DNA of 64,000 nucleotides from an uncultured Gammaproteobacteria bacterium. GTDB lineage: Bacteria; Patescibacteriota; Patescibacteriia; UBA9934; GWF2-40-263. Position numbers and translations under genes: made by a program. The notes beneath the pieces were generated by a model. It worked only from the letters and a program-made list of their open reading frames with translations, made no database searches and was not told the DNA's origin. Numbering within the stretch: position 1 is the stretch's first letter; every line of letters begins with the position of its first letter. The stretch is from positions 41,566-105,565 of the forward strand of contig CAZIDX010000002.1 in the NCBI GenBank assembly GCA_964538435.1, in the 5' to 3' direction. Of this stretch, positions 8,874 through 17,977 are shown piece after piece.

Positions 8874-9501
8874 GAGAAATAACGCGTTTCTTAAGTCGAT
8901 TCACAATCTCACGATCATGTGTCACAAGCACAACCGTTGTGCCAAACTCATTGATTCGTTTTAGAAGATCGATAATCTCCCGCGCATTGAGCGTATCCAA
9001 ATTCCCTGTTGGCTCATCAGCAACAAGAATCTTTGGTGAATGCACAAGCGCACGCCCAATAGCCACACGTTGCTGCTCACCACCAGAAAGCTGATGAGGA
9101 TAACGGTTAGCCTTGTCCCCAAGATCAACAATGTCAATCACGCGCGGGACCACATCTCGAATACGCCGCGGCTTTACACCTGCAACCTGAAGCGCAAACG
9201 CAATATTCTCCTGAACAGTCTTTTTCTTTAACAGCTTGTAATCCTGAAACACCACACCAATTTGCCTGCGAAGCAATGGAACGTCTCGATCTTTTATCCG
9301 AGTGATATCCCACCCACCAATCTCAATCTTCCCATGCGATGGACGCTCTTCTGCAAACAAAAGTTTAGCAAGCGTGGACTTCCCAGTACCGCTCTGCCCC
9401 ACAATGGAAACAAATTCTCCAGGTCTAATATGGAGACTCACACTGTCCACACCAACAACATTGGGGTGGTACATCTTTGAAACATTTTTAAATCGAATCA
9501 T
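8821..9501 (-). CDS. ftsE: cell division ATP-binding protein FtsE (ABC ATPase)
   Basis: Walker A GQSGTGKST, ABC signature LSGGEQQRVAIGRAL, Walker B ILVADEPTGNLD. Confidence 0.85.
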   Translation of the reverse strand: MIRFKNVSKMYHPNVVGVDSVSLHIRPGEFVSIVGQSGTGKSTLAKLLFAEERPSHGKIEIGGWDITRIKDRDVPLLRRQIGVVFQDYKLLKKKTVQENIAFALQVAGVKPRRIRDVVPRVIDIVDLGDKANRYPHQLSGGEQQRVAIGRALVHSPKILVADEPTGNLDTLNAREIIDLLKRINEFGTTVVLVTHDREIVNRLKKRVISLDDGQVVSDVEEGRYKI

Positions 9502-9527
9502 GCATTTATTCTAGTTCATCGCCTTCT

Positions 9528-10586
9528 ATGATACCCTATGAACGTATGAGTGAACAAGCGCCAGACAATCAAAAATACACCTCCTTTGAGCTCCCCAAAG
9601 CACCAGAGCAAGAGCAACAACCTCAAGGTCAAGAACAAAAGGTTGTTGAGCTTAAAGAATCACTAGAAGCAAAACAAGAACTCACAACTTGGACAGAAAA
9701 AATAGTTGAAGATGCTCTTGATGATCTTCAGATTGAATTTGACTTCAACTTTCACGAAGAAAACTTTACCTTTCACGGACGCGAACACTCACAAGATGTT
9801 ATTGACCGATCTGCAACCATACTAAGAACCATGCAATCTGAAGGAGGGCATGTCAGCGAAAAAGACGTTGCTCTGGCTAAAATCGCTGCAGCATACCATG
9901 ATGCAAAGCAAGAATGGGTAGTGAATGATCAGTGGAAAGAAGGAAGTGATGATGCAAAATTTGGAAAAAAACTTCGTCAGCGCAAAACAAGAGACAATGA
10001 AATCAATAGTGCGAAAAAAGCTATTGAAGCAATGCGTTATGCCAACAAGGGTGCGGGAAAAGAAATTTTCACTCAAATAGACATGGAACGTGTTGCTGAT
10101 GCCATCGAAGGCACCATTCCTGGCTTTGATCCAGATCTTGGAACAGTTGTCCAGCCATCAGCAGAATCCTCACAAGATATCATCACCCGAGCCATCGCAC
10201 TTGCCGACCTGGGTGAGGCAGGTATGTCAGGACCCAAAGCATTCCTTGATGGAGGCGATAAGCTCTTCATGGAAGAAAACATTGACATGTGGAATCTTGA
10301 TCCAGCAAAACTTTCTGATGAGCAAAAGGTATATTACAAAAAACGCATGGACGGATGGAATGGATTTCAACCAATTTTTGCAAACGGAAGAAAAGAAAAG
10401 CTTAGTGATGAACTAGCAACACTCCCTGACGAATCCCGCACCCACCTAGAAAAACTCTTCAATAAATTCGATGCATCAGTCAAAGCTGCCACAGCGCGAG
10501 CAAAGATCAGAAAAGGAATGAACTTTGACGAGCTCTATACCTCCATGGGTTTTATGGACTTTGCTGAAGAACGTAATGCAGCCTAA
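9528..10586 (+). CDS. HD-domain-like hypothetical protein
   Basis: H...HD pattern (GREHSQDV ... AAAYHDAKQE); Glu/Gln-rich N-terminus. Confidence 0.4.
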   Translation: MIPYERMSEQAPDNQKYTSFELPKAPEQEQQPQGQEQKVVELKESLEAKQELTTWTEKIVEDALDDLQIEFDFNFHEENFTFHGREHSQDVIDRSATILRTMQSEGGHVSEKDVALAKIAAAYHDAKQEWVVNDQWKEGSDDAKFGKKLRQRKTRDNEINSAKKAIEAMRYANKGAGKEIFTQIDMERVADAIEGTIPGFDPDLGTVVQPSAESSQDIITRAIALADLGEAGMSGPKAFLDGGDKLFMEENIDMWNLDPAKLSDEQKVYYKKRMDGWNGFQPIFANGRKEKLSDELATLPDESRTHLEKLFNKFDASVKAATARAKIRKGMNFDELYTSMGFMDFAEERNAA

Positions 10587-10587
10587 T

Positions 10588-10845
10588 ATGAACATTGAAC
10601 AAAGATTGGACATTATCGAAGAACGAAATAAACGCGTAGAAGCTGACAAAGCTTGGGAGACAAGCACCTTCCGCGTAATCTCCATCACCCTCATCACCTA
10701 CATCATCGCCACAATCGTCATGTTCCTGCTCGGCGTGGTAAAACCCTGGCTCGGAGCCCTGATCCCAACGCTTGGATACTACTTATCAACCAGATCCCTC
10801 CCCATCATGAAACGCTGGTGGATAAACAAGCACTTAAAGAAATAA
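10588..10845 (+). CDS. small 2-TM membrane protein (86 aa from ATG at 10588)
   Basis: Two hydrophobic helices; ATG immediately after upstream stop. Confidence 0.4.
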   Translation: MNIEQRLDIIEERNKRVEADKAWETSTFRVISITLITYIIATIVMFLLGVVKPWLGALIPTLGYYLSTRSLPIMKRWWINKHLKK

Positions 10846-10850
10846 CAAAA

Positions 10851-10876
10851 AACAACCCACAATGGGTTGTTTTTCT
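10851..10876. terminator. bidirectional intrinsic terminator aacaaccc-acaat-gggttgtt + T-run between convergent genes
   Basis: Read directly. Confidence 0.6.
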
Positions 10877-10887
10877 ATTCAGTAAAA

Positions 10888-11886
10888 CTAGTCAATGTAA
10901 TTCTTAAGCTCAGACGCTTCCACAAATTCCTCCACAATCTTTTCAAGTGTTTGTTTTTGAACAGTGATCGCAAGCAAGTGCAACTGCGTGTCTTCCCCTG
11001 CAACAATCGAGTCGTTTACAAGAAAGATGGCAAACCCCTCTTCAAGCTCAAGCATTTCTGTATACTCACCAATCTGAAGATCTTCTACATCCTGAGCCCA
11101 TGCTGATGGAATCGATGACAACTTCACGTACCCGAGGTCGCTCTCAACAGAATCATCATACGCAGCATGAACATCCTTTGCCACCTGAGCAAAATCTTCA
11201 CCTGACTGCACGCGCGCATAGGCTGCATTCATTGCATCCTGGCGATCTTTCTGAATTTCGTCATTTTCAAGAACGAATGTGTGCATCTGAAGCGCAAGAA
11301 CAATGGAGTCAACAATGTTTTCTTTAAACTCTTCTGTTGTCCAGCCAAAGGTCTCCTCAAGTTCTTCAGCAAACACCTCCTCACTCTCCTGCCCGCTCAA
11401 AATCCCTTGATAGTAATTCTCAGCCTCCCCTTCATCAATCTCCACCCCATACTCATCAGCAAGCTGACGAACAGCAATCTTGTTCACAAGTGTTTCTGAA
11501 ATAGCGTCTTCCAACTCCTGATCAGATGGCGCAGACTCGTCAGCGCTAAAGAAACTGACAAGCGCATCATACTCATTCAAATACTCTTTTATAGAAACTG
11601 TTGTTCCATTCAGTGTAATCGCAGGATACGGAATAACACTCGCCACAGCCCTAACAAAACCATCAGAAACCGGTCGTTTATAAACTTCACGAGTCACAAG
11701 ACCAAATGCCACCAAAAACAAAACTAAACTGATAACGATTTTTTTCTTATGGGAAGAAAAAAACGCCCGTCTTGGTGACGTGGTTGTATCATGTTTCTTG
11801 TGTGTTTCAGGCTTTTTCTTTTCCGTTTCGGTATGTTTGTGAGTTGTAGAATGTTCTTTGTGATCCCCCTTGTGAGAGCTATTCAT
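10888..11886 (-). CDS. SurA/PrsA-like protein with PpiC (parvulin)-type PPIase domain; start taken at internal Met (ATGA overlap with upstream gene)
   Basis: GEDFAQVAKD...SDLGYV...FAIFLVND resembles parvulin GADFGKLAKK...GGDLGEF...GYHIIKV (catalytic His not conserved); N-terminal TM anchor. Confidence 0.5.
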   Translation of the reverse strand: MNSSHKGDHKEHSTTHKHTETEKKKPETHKKHDTTTSPRRAFFSSHKKKIVISLVLFLVAFGLVTREVYKRPVSDGFVRAVASVIPYPAITLNGTTVSIKEYLNEYDALVSFFSADESAPSDQELEDAISETLVNKIAVRQLADEYGVEIDEGEAENYYQGILSGQESEEVFAEELEETFGWTTEEFKENIVDSIVLALQMHTFVLENDEIQKDRQDAMNAAYARVQSGEDFAQVAKDVHAAYDDSVESDLGYVKLSSIPSAWAQDVEDLQIGEYTEMLELEEGFAIFLVNDSIVAGEDTQLHLLAITVQKQTLEKIVEEFVEASELKNYID

Positions 11887-12340
11887 AGGCAGAAATTTGA
11901 TCAAAAGCTTGTTTGTTGAAGAAGTAATACCACCACTTTGTCGGATTTGCAAGTGCCATGTTTGTTGATAAATCTGTGATCACAAACCCTAGCGGGTCAC
12001 TGGAGTCTACCACAACCCCCTCCCCTGTCACAACAGACTCTTCATCTTGAATAACAACAACATTTTCACCTGGTTTTTTCATACCAAGCTTGAGCCGGGC
12101 CTCACGTTCAATATACGACTCACTCTGAAGCGCACTCTGAAGCGCACTGATATTACTGTTCTCATCCGCAAGCTCAGCAGCCTGCACTTGAAGCGCACTG
12201 ATCTCAGATTGAATCGTGTTATTCCTTACAACCTCCTTACCCAAAGACAATGACAAAAAAACAATAACCACAAAATTCAGAACGAATAGGAATCGCCATG
12301 AAATCAGTCGCTCTACAAATGTTCCTCTAGGAGCCGGCAT
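11879..12340 (-). CDS. septum formation initiator FtsB/DivIC-family protein
   Basis: Single TM, coiled coil, YIEREARLKLGMKKPGENVVV matches DivIC/FtsB signature. Confidence 0.6.
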   Translation of the reverse strand: MPAPRGTFVERLISWRFLFVLNFVVIVFLSLSLGKEVVRNNTIQSEISALQVQAAELADENSNISALQSALQSESYIEREARLKLGMKKPGENVVVIQDEESVVTGEGVVVDSSDPLGFVITDLSTNMALANPTKWWYYFFNKQAFDQISAYE

Positions 12341-12342
12341 GA

Positions 12343-12849
12343 TTATTCTTGTTTGTCTACGTCGTTTTCGTCTCGCAAATCATGCAAAAGATCAGCGATA
12401 CGCGCTGGACGCTTAACATAATAAAACTCAATATCCGCAGCATTGCCCTGAAGTTTTATCTCAAGTTCCCCAAGTCTAAAAATAGTCTTCCAAAAACCTT
12501 TAATCCGATAAGCAACATCATCAACCTGATAATGGCGCGCCTCTGTGATCGTTCGGGCATAGAGCCCCTCCTGATTGAAATCCACAATCCGCCGGTCTGT
12601 TACAAGAAGAAATGTTCGAGACCAAACATAAAACGCTCGCCAGATTAGAAACACAGCCACCACAAGCAAAACAAAGAAAATGATCACCCCAATCGTTCCC
12701 TCTCGAAAAAGCGGAAACATCAAAAAGAATGGAAGTGAAAGTAAAATGATAAAAAACGTAAACTTTGGAATCTGAGGCAATGCCGATTCATGCACAACCT
12801 CAAGAATTTCTTCCCGCGGCTTCAATTTTATCAGTCGATCAGGTTGCAT
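12343..12849 (-). CDS. bacterial PH-domain (bPH_2/YdbT-like) membrane protein
   Basis: Two N-terminal TM helices then LLVTDRRIVDF...RLGELEIKLQG block typical of bPH_2. Confidence 0.5.
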   Translation of the reverse strand: MQPDRLIKLKPREEILEVVHESALPQIPKFTFFIILLSLPFFLMFPLFREGTIGVIIFFVLLVVAVFLIWRAFYVWSRTFLLVTDRRIVDFNQEGLYARTITEARHYQVDDVAYRIKGFWKTIFRLGELEIKLQGNAADIEFYYVKRPARIADLLHDLRDENDVDKQE

Positions 12850-12852
12850 AAC

Positions 12853-14190
12853 TCATGATTTCGAATGAATAGCTTTACGCGCCGCCTCTCTATCATCCCA
12901 AGAAATCTTCTTGCCGTTTGCCACAGCCATCACCGGCTCACTTCCTTTCCCAGTAATCAGCACAAGATCGTCAGGCTTTGCAATGCTCATTGCAAAATCG
13001 ATAGCCTCCTGCCGATCAAGAATCCTAAACAAGTTTACATCCTCTTGCGCACCGGCCTGCACAGCCGCATCAGCAACATCGTGAATGATCTGCATAGGAT
13101 CTTCATCGTAGGGATCTTCATTTGTCACAATAGCAATATCATCCCGCTCAGCAGCCATGCGCCCAAGAATCTCTCTTCGAGCCGTGTCACGCCCTCCTCC
13201 AGCCGACCCTGTCACGTGAATAACTCTCTCATGAGGAATAAGCTCAATGGCTTCGTAGACCGCAGTGAGCGCTGCAGGCTCATACGCATAATCAACTATC
13301 ACCGTATGCGGCTGCCCTTCATCAATCCGTTCCAATCGACCTGGAACCGCCTCAAGAGACTCAACCGCATCCCGAATCTCTTCCCAGCCTTTTCCAAACG
13401 CACGCAGCACAGCGATTGCCGCAAGAACATTCAACAAATTAAACCGGCCCACTGGCTTGAAGTGAAACGTATGACCAGAAAGCACAAACGTTGTGCAAGC
13501 CCCAGAAAATTCAACCTGCTCTGGAATAACAGGATTTCTCGTAAGCTCAAGAGTCAACCGATCTCCAGCATGCTCACGAATCCCAAACCCAGCTTTCACA
13601 TCTGCTTCATGCGCCAAAAAACTAAACGCATGATCATCATCAATGTTCACCACGCTCACAGTTTCAATCTCCTTCTCACCAATTGTTTTTCTTTCTTTCG
13701 CACTGAGAGAACGAAACAGAAGTTCTTTTGCGCTCTTATACGCATCAAACCCGCCATGCGCTTCAATATGTTCAGGAGTCAAATTTGTAAACACAGCAGC
13801 ATCGTAATGCACACCAACATGCCTATGCTGAACCAAACCTTGTGAAGAAGTCTCAACAATTGCATACCCACAACTCTGCTTCTTCATCTCATAAAGAAGC
13901 TTGTGCGTCTGAAAGCGTCCAAGCATGGTCATCTTCTGATCATTCACCCACTCCTTCTTTCCAACCTTCAAACTTGCTGTTGATGTCCACCCAACACTCT
14001 CACCCATCTGCTCAAGCATTCTCCCCAAAAACTGCACGGTCGTAGACTTCCCATTTGTCCCAGTCACACCAATCACCACCATGCTCTCAGACGGATGATT
14101 GTATGCAGCTGCAGCCACCCGAGCCAAAGCATAGTGATATGCGGTAATCACCTTCTCAGGAACTAATTTTCGAATGAAACGTTTAGTCAT
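12853..14190 (-). CDS. murE: Mur ligase, MurE-like (UDP-MurNAc-tripeptide synthetase), short N-terminal domain, altered DNPR motif
   Basis: IGVTGTNGKSTT P-loop, NLTPEHIEAHGGFDAYKSAKELLF, GKGSE, and TNEDPYDEDP aligning to MurE TSDNPRSEDP (DNPR replaced by EDPY); adjacent to murD. Confidence 0.6.
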   Translation of the reverse strand: MTKRFIRKLVPEKVITAYHYALARVAAAAYNHPSESMVVIGVTGTNGKSTTVQFLGRMLEQMGESVGWTSTASLKVGKKEWVNDQKMTMLGRFQTHKLLYEMKKQSCGYAIVETSSQGLVQHRHVGVHYDAAVFTNLTPEHIEAHGGFDAYKSAKELLFRSLSAKERKTIGEKEIETVSVVNIDDDHAFSFLAHEADVKAGFGIREHAGDRLTLELTRNPVIPEQVEFSGACTTFVLSGHTFHFKPVGRFNLLNVLAAIAVLRAFGKGWEEIRDAVESLEAVPGRLERIDEGQPHTVIVDYAYEPAALTAVYEAIELIPHERVIHVTGSAGGGRDTARREILGRMAAERDDIAIVTNEDPYDEDPMQIIHDVADAAVQAGAQEDVNLFRILDRQEAIDFAMSIAKPDDLVLITGKGSEPVMAVANGKKISWDDREAARKAIHSKS

Positions 14191-14193
14191 AAA

Positions 14194-14256
14194 AGCGACT
14201 AGCGTATAGCGATTAGCGATTAGTCTATACGCTATTCGCTAAACGCTCCTCGCTGC
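14194..14256. repeat. 63-bp nine-heptad palindromic element, copy A: (AGCGNNN)x4-AGTCTAT-(NCGCTNN)x4, 3 nt upstream of murE ATG
   Basis: agcgact agcgtat agcgatt agcgatt agtctat acgctat tcgctaa acgctcc tcgctgc; same architecture at 27093-27155 and 30703-30765. Confidence 0.8.
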
Positions 14257-14323
14257 ATTTTTAACATACCCCAAAAAATTTCCAGCATCCTGGACAGCTT
14301 CATTGTACCATGTTTGTTAAATC

Positions 14324-14350
14324 AAAAAGCGGGGATAACCCGCTCTTTAT
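14324..14350. terminator. terminator after murD: agcggg-gataa-cccgct with flanking A/T runs
   Basis: Read directly. Confidence 0.55.
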
Positions 14351-14360
14351 TGACTTTTTC

Positions 14361-15848
14361 CTATTTTACTTCCTCATCCTTTTCCTCAGATTCAATCGCA
14401 TCATATGCCTTTTGAAACTGCTCTCCCCTATCAAATTCATTCCTAAATAACTCGAAACTTGATGTCCCTGGCGAAAGAAGAACAATATCCCCAAGAGCCA
14501 CATGCTCCCCAGCAACTTCCATAGCACGCTGCATTGAATCTACTCGCTCAACAGGCACGCGGCCACCAATTCCGTCTTCAATTGCATCAGCTGCTGACCC
14601 ATCAAACAAGGCAACAAATTTACACTGCTCACCAATCTCTTCACCCATCTCCTCATAACTAAGCCCCTTTGCGCCCCCTCCTGCGATAAGCACGATGTTG
14701 CCTCCTTTTCCAAAACGCTTTAGCGCAGCCATGACTCCCTCAGGAGAAAACGCTGCCGTGTCATTGACATACATTACACCCTCTTTCTCCCCGATGATCT
14801 CTTGCCGTCCTGGAAGTCCCGCAAACTCCTTGAGTGTCACATGAATATCATCATCAGAAACACCTGACAGATGCGCAACAAGTGATGCAGAAAGCGCATT
14901 CATAATATTGTGATCACCCTCAAGCTTCAAATCATGCGCATGCGCAAACCCAACCTTCTCCCCATCTCGGACCCGCACAAAATCATCACCATCTCGATAA
15001 ACCCCCTGTTTTCCTTCTGGAAGCTCCTTTGAAGAAAACCAGAAGATATTTTTTGATGGAATCTCCTCTGCAATATCATCCATGATCTCCTGATCTGCAT
15101 TAAGAACAGCATATTGCTCCTCGCTCTGCTCCATAAAAATCATTTCCTTTGCACGCAAGTAATGCTCAAACGAATCGTACCGATCCAAATGATCCTTATA
15201 CGCATTCGTCAAAAGCGCTGCGCTCGGACCAAGCCCAAGCCCCTGCAATGTCTCAAGTAGCCACGATGACAACTCAAGCACGATCGGAACAGGTTCTGTT
15301 TCTTCTAAAAGCCAATCCAAATCCTCAAGCGGTGAGCGGGTGATGTTTCCAGCCACAACAGCTTTTGGATGCTTATGCTTAAACATCTCACCAAGCAATG
15401 CTGTAGTCGTGGACTTCCCTCGTGTCCCTGTCACAGTCACGATAGGAAACTTGCAGTAGCGGAAAAACAAAGAGACATCACTCTCAACAAGCACCCCTTC
15501 TTTTTTCGCAAGCTCCACAAGCTCTGACTCACGCACAACCCCAGGATTCTGCACAACCATGTCAACATTCGTGAAATTATCTTCATCATGCTTTCCAAGA
15601 ACAAACACCGGTGCATAGATATCACGATCCTTATACTCTTCACGATACTGTGTATACCAAGTCATAATCTCATCAATGGAATCACGAAGATCGCCCTCAT
15701 CTTTTAAATCAGTGATCACAATCTGAGCACCATGCCGCATGAGCCATTTTGCTGCACCAACACCACTTCCTTTTTTATAACGCCCAAGCCCCATGACCGT
15801 TACCATGGAATCCTGAATGTTCTCGATTGAAGATAAATCTAAAGCCAT
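14361..15848 (-). CDS. murD: UDP-N-acetylmuramoylalanine--D-glutamate ligase
   Basis: N-terminal Rossmann VMGLGRYKKGSGVGAAKWLMRHGAQIV, P-loop VTGTRGKSTTTALL, Mur ligase middle and C-domains. Confidence 0.85.
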   Translation of the reverse strand: MALDLSSIENIQDSMVTVMGLGRYKKGSGVGAAKWLMRHGAQIVITDLKDEGDLRDSIDEIMTWYTQYREEYKDRDIYAPVFVLGKHDEDNFTNVDMVVQNPGVVRESELVELAKKEGVLVESDVSLFFRYCKFPIVTVTGTRGKSTTTALLGEMFKHKHPKAVVAGNITRSPLEDLDWLLEETEPVPIVLELSSWLLETLQGLGLGPSAALLTNAYKDHLDRYDSFEHYLRAKEMIFMEQSEEQYAVLNADQEIMDDIAEEIPSKNIFWFSSKELPEGKQGVYRDGDDFVRVRDGEKVGFAHAHDLKLEGDHNIMNALSASLVAHLSGVSDDDIHVTLKEFAGLPGRQEIIGEKEGVMYVNDTAAFSPEGVMAALKRFGKGGNIVLIAGGGAKGLSYEEMGEEIGEQCKFVALFDGSAADAIEDGIGGRVPVERVDSMQRAMEVAGEHVALGDIVLLSPGTSSFELFRNEFDRGEQFQKAYDAIESEEKDEEVK

Positions 15849-15852
15849 ACGT

Positions 15853-16515
15853 TTAAAGTTTGCCTTGAAGATGAGCGATTCTCACGCTAATCCAGGCCTG
15901 AAACACTTGATAAAACATCACAACATATTGTAGCACACCACGGACATATCCAACCTTCTCATACTTCCTCCGAATCGATATGTGCTTGAGCACCACTGCC
16001 CCATAAACATACCCTCGAGATCGGCAATAATAGTTCAATGACGCCTCAACCATGAATCCCTTTAACAACTTTGGACAAATACCCTCGATCACACGCCGCT
16101 CCATAACACGCTCACCCCCTATCAAAGGCAAATGAAGAGCAATCTGAGTAAACCCAAACCCCTTATCACGAAGACCAACATTCATCACTCTGTCCCCACT
16201 CAAAACCGGAAGCACAAGTTGCTCCACATGTTCTTTGGTAAATCCTTTGAGGTCCGCATCAAAAAAACCAATGACCGAAGCGTTTGTCTGACTCACACCA
16301 TAAAGCATTGCCTGCCCCTTTCCCTGATTCTTCTCAAAAGCATATACGCGCGCACCTGCTGCCTTTGCAACCTCGCAAGTGCGATCAGTAGATCCATCAG
16401 AAACAACAATCACTTCTTCAATATACTCAGAAGCCAGAAGCGGATGAATAACATCTGCAATCGTTTTCTCTTCATTCCACGCAGGAACAATAGCTGTGAC
16501 CCTACGCTGCTCCAT
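15853..16515 (-). CDS. GT2-family glycosyltransferase (DPM1/GtrB-like); start placed at internal Met, ORF-track extension to 16725 is L/W-rich and probably untranslated
   Basis: MEQRRVTAIVPAWNEEKTIADVI...VVSDGSTDRT...FFDADL GT-A motifs. Confidence 0.7.
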   Translation of the reverse strand: MEQRRVTAIVPAWNEEKTIADVIHPLLASEYIEEVIVVSDGSTDRTCEVAKAAGARVYAFEKNQGKGQAMLYGVSQTNASVIGFFDADLKGFTKEHVEQLVLPVLSGDRVMNVGLRDKGFGFTQIALHLPLIGGERVMERRVIEGICPKLLKGFMVEASLNYYCRSRGYVYGAVVLKHISIRRKYEKVGYVRGVLQYVVMFYQVFQAWISVRIAHLQGKL

Positions 16516-17203
16516 ATATCCCTTTAGAATTTTGCCGCTTCTCAAGCTCAACAATACGAGCCTCAAATCCTCCAAGGAGCTGTCGCGCAACCCCAACCAT
16601 CTCAACAACAGCACCTGAATCGAGTTCCTGACCAATAACATGCTCCAAAGAATCCGCAACACGACCAAGATAAATGCTTGCCAGCTTATACTCTGCAATA
16701 GCCATATCAACCCCCAACGCATCACCCCTTAGCTCCTCAAGGATAGCCACCGAGAGTTTAATGGGAACCAAATTTACATTCGCATACACACAAAACATCT
16801 CTCGAGATCGCACGTTTTCATGCTCATACTTTCTATGCGCAAACGCATAAACCTTCCGCGCCCATGCGCGCGCATGCTGATACAAGGGCTGACGACTCAC
16901 TTCTTTTCGAAAAAGTAAAAGAGATGCTTCATCTGGTTCTTCTCGCTGCTCTGAATCTGTAAACATCTTTTGATTTCCAAACAAAAAAACGTCTCGTTCA
17001 AAAACGTTTTTTAATGACTGATCAAACAACTCTTCAGTTTGAAGCTGCTCTTGAAGAACCTCTTGCTCCATGGTGAGCCGACCATCCAAAGGAACATCGT
17101 GACGCTCAAAAAGATCCTCGATATGATCCTCGAGTAAATCAACCTCATCTCTATAAAACACCCAAGGGTAATCACCGTCACCAGTGGTCATATTATTTAT
17201 CAC
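16502..17203 (-). CDS. hypothetical acidic protein (233 aa)
   Basis: Long ORF, coding-like composition; no motif recognised. Confidence 0.4.
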   Translation of the reverse strand: MINNMTTGDGDYPWVFYRDEVDLLEDHIEDLFERHDVPLDGRLTMEQEVLQEQLQTEELFDQSLKNVFERDVFLFGNQKMFTDSEQREEPDEASLLLFRKEVSRQPLYQHARAWARKVYAFAHRKYEHENVRSREMFCVYANVNLVPIKLSVAILEELRGDALGVDMAIAEYKLASIYLGRVADSLEHVIGQELDSGAVVEMVGVARQLLGGFEARIVELEKRQNSKGIYGAA

Positions 17204-17768
17204 GTAGCGAGAGATCGTACACCATCTCTTCTAGCCTTCGGTAATTCTTTTTTGCTTGGTCAAACTTTGTTCGAAGGTATCCGGTCAAATCCATGTCTAG
17301 CAAAAACTCAATCACCATTGCCACAACCTCACGCGCCTCATGCACGGCCTTTGTATCACCCTGAGTCACACGCTTCATAGCATAACGCACAATCTCACCA
17401 GTTGTGTCAGAGAGTCCACCAAGATAGATCCCTGGCTCCATAGCACGCTCATCAATCGCACCAAGCTTACGTGTGGTCATGTAGCTATAAAAAAGCGCAG
17501 CCTCAGCATACTCTTCAAGTGCAGCCTTGTACGCACCCTCATATTTTAGATCCGGAAATTTCTTGAACTTCTTTTCAATAAGAGCAAAGACAGCAACCGC
17601 TTCCTTTAAGAGCTTTTCTGATCCTGAAATATCATCACGATGAAGAGCAAAAATTGCACGCTTTGATCGGCTAAGAGCCTCGTTTGAACGACCAATAAGA
17701 TCACGACGCTCCTTCTCCCGAGTTGAGTGTCGTTTCTTTAGCCTTGAAAAAATTGCTGGAGTTTTCAT
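17193..17768 (-). CDS. hypothetical all-helical protein (191 aa)
   Basis: Overlaps neighbours by ATGA-type overlaps suggesting operon with 16502-17203 and small ORF. Confidence 0.4.
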   Translation of the reverse strand: MKTPAIFSRLKKRHSTREKERRDLIGRSNEALSRSKRAIFALHRDDISGSEKLLKEAVAVFALIEKKFKKFPDLKYEGAYKAALEEYAEAALFYSYMTTRKLGAIDERAMEPGIYLGGLSDTTGEIVRYAMKRVTQGDTKAVHEAREVVAMVIEFLLDMDLTGYLRTKFDQAKKNYRRLEEMVYDLSLRDK

Positions 17769-17914
17769 TTTGTTTTGCGAGAACCATCAACCAAATTGAT
17801 GAGTTCACGAATAAGTCTCTCCTGCTCCTCCTTGTTACCCGTCTTCCTACGAATCGCAGCTTTTTGCTTTCGCACATACTTAGCCAACGATCGAGGATAT
17901 TTTGTCTTAGTCAT
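17765..17914 (-). CDS. small basic protein (49 aa) MTKTKYPRSLAKYVRKQKAAIRRKTGNKEEQERLIRELINLVDGSRKTK, below ORF-track cutoff
   Basis: Manual translation; stop overlaps next start (ATGA); highly basic, ribosomal-protein-like composition but family not recognised. Confidence 0.3.
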   Translation of the reverse strand: MTKTKYPRSLAKYVRKQKAAIRRKTGNKEEQERLIRELINLVDGSRKTK

Positions 17915-17977
17915 AAGCAGGTAGTAGATGAATTAAAAATCCTCTCCCCTCTCACTAGAGAAAACTCTAAACAGCCG

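Noticed and set aside
12865-13845. 326-aa plus-strand ORF antisense to murE
   Set aside because: It is low-complexity and rich in R/S/N/I, and lies antisense to a conserved Mur ligase. Long antisense ORFs are common in AT-rich coding DNA.
15853-16725. N-terminal 70-aa extension of the GT2 gene (MMRWGLIWLLQSISW...)
   Set aside because: The extension is L/W-rich and non-protein-like, and overlaps the upstream gene by more than 200 nt. The conserved GT2 domain begins at the internal Met (16515).
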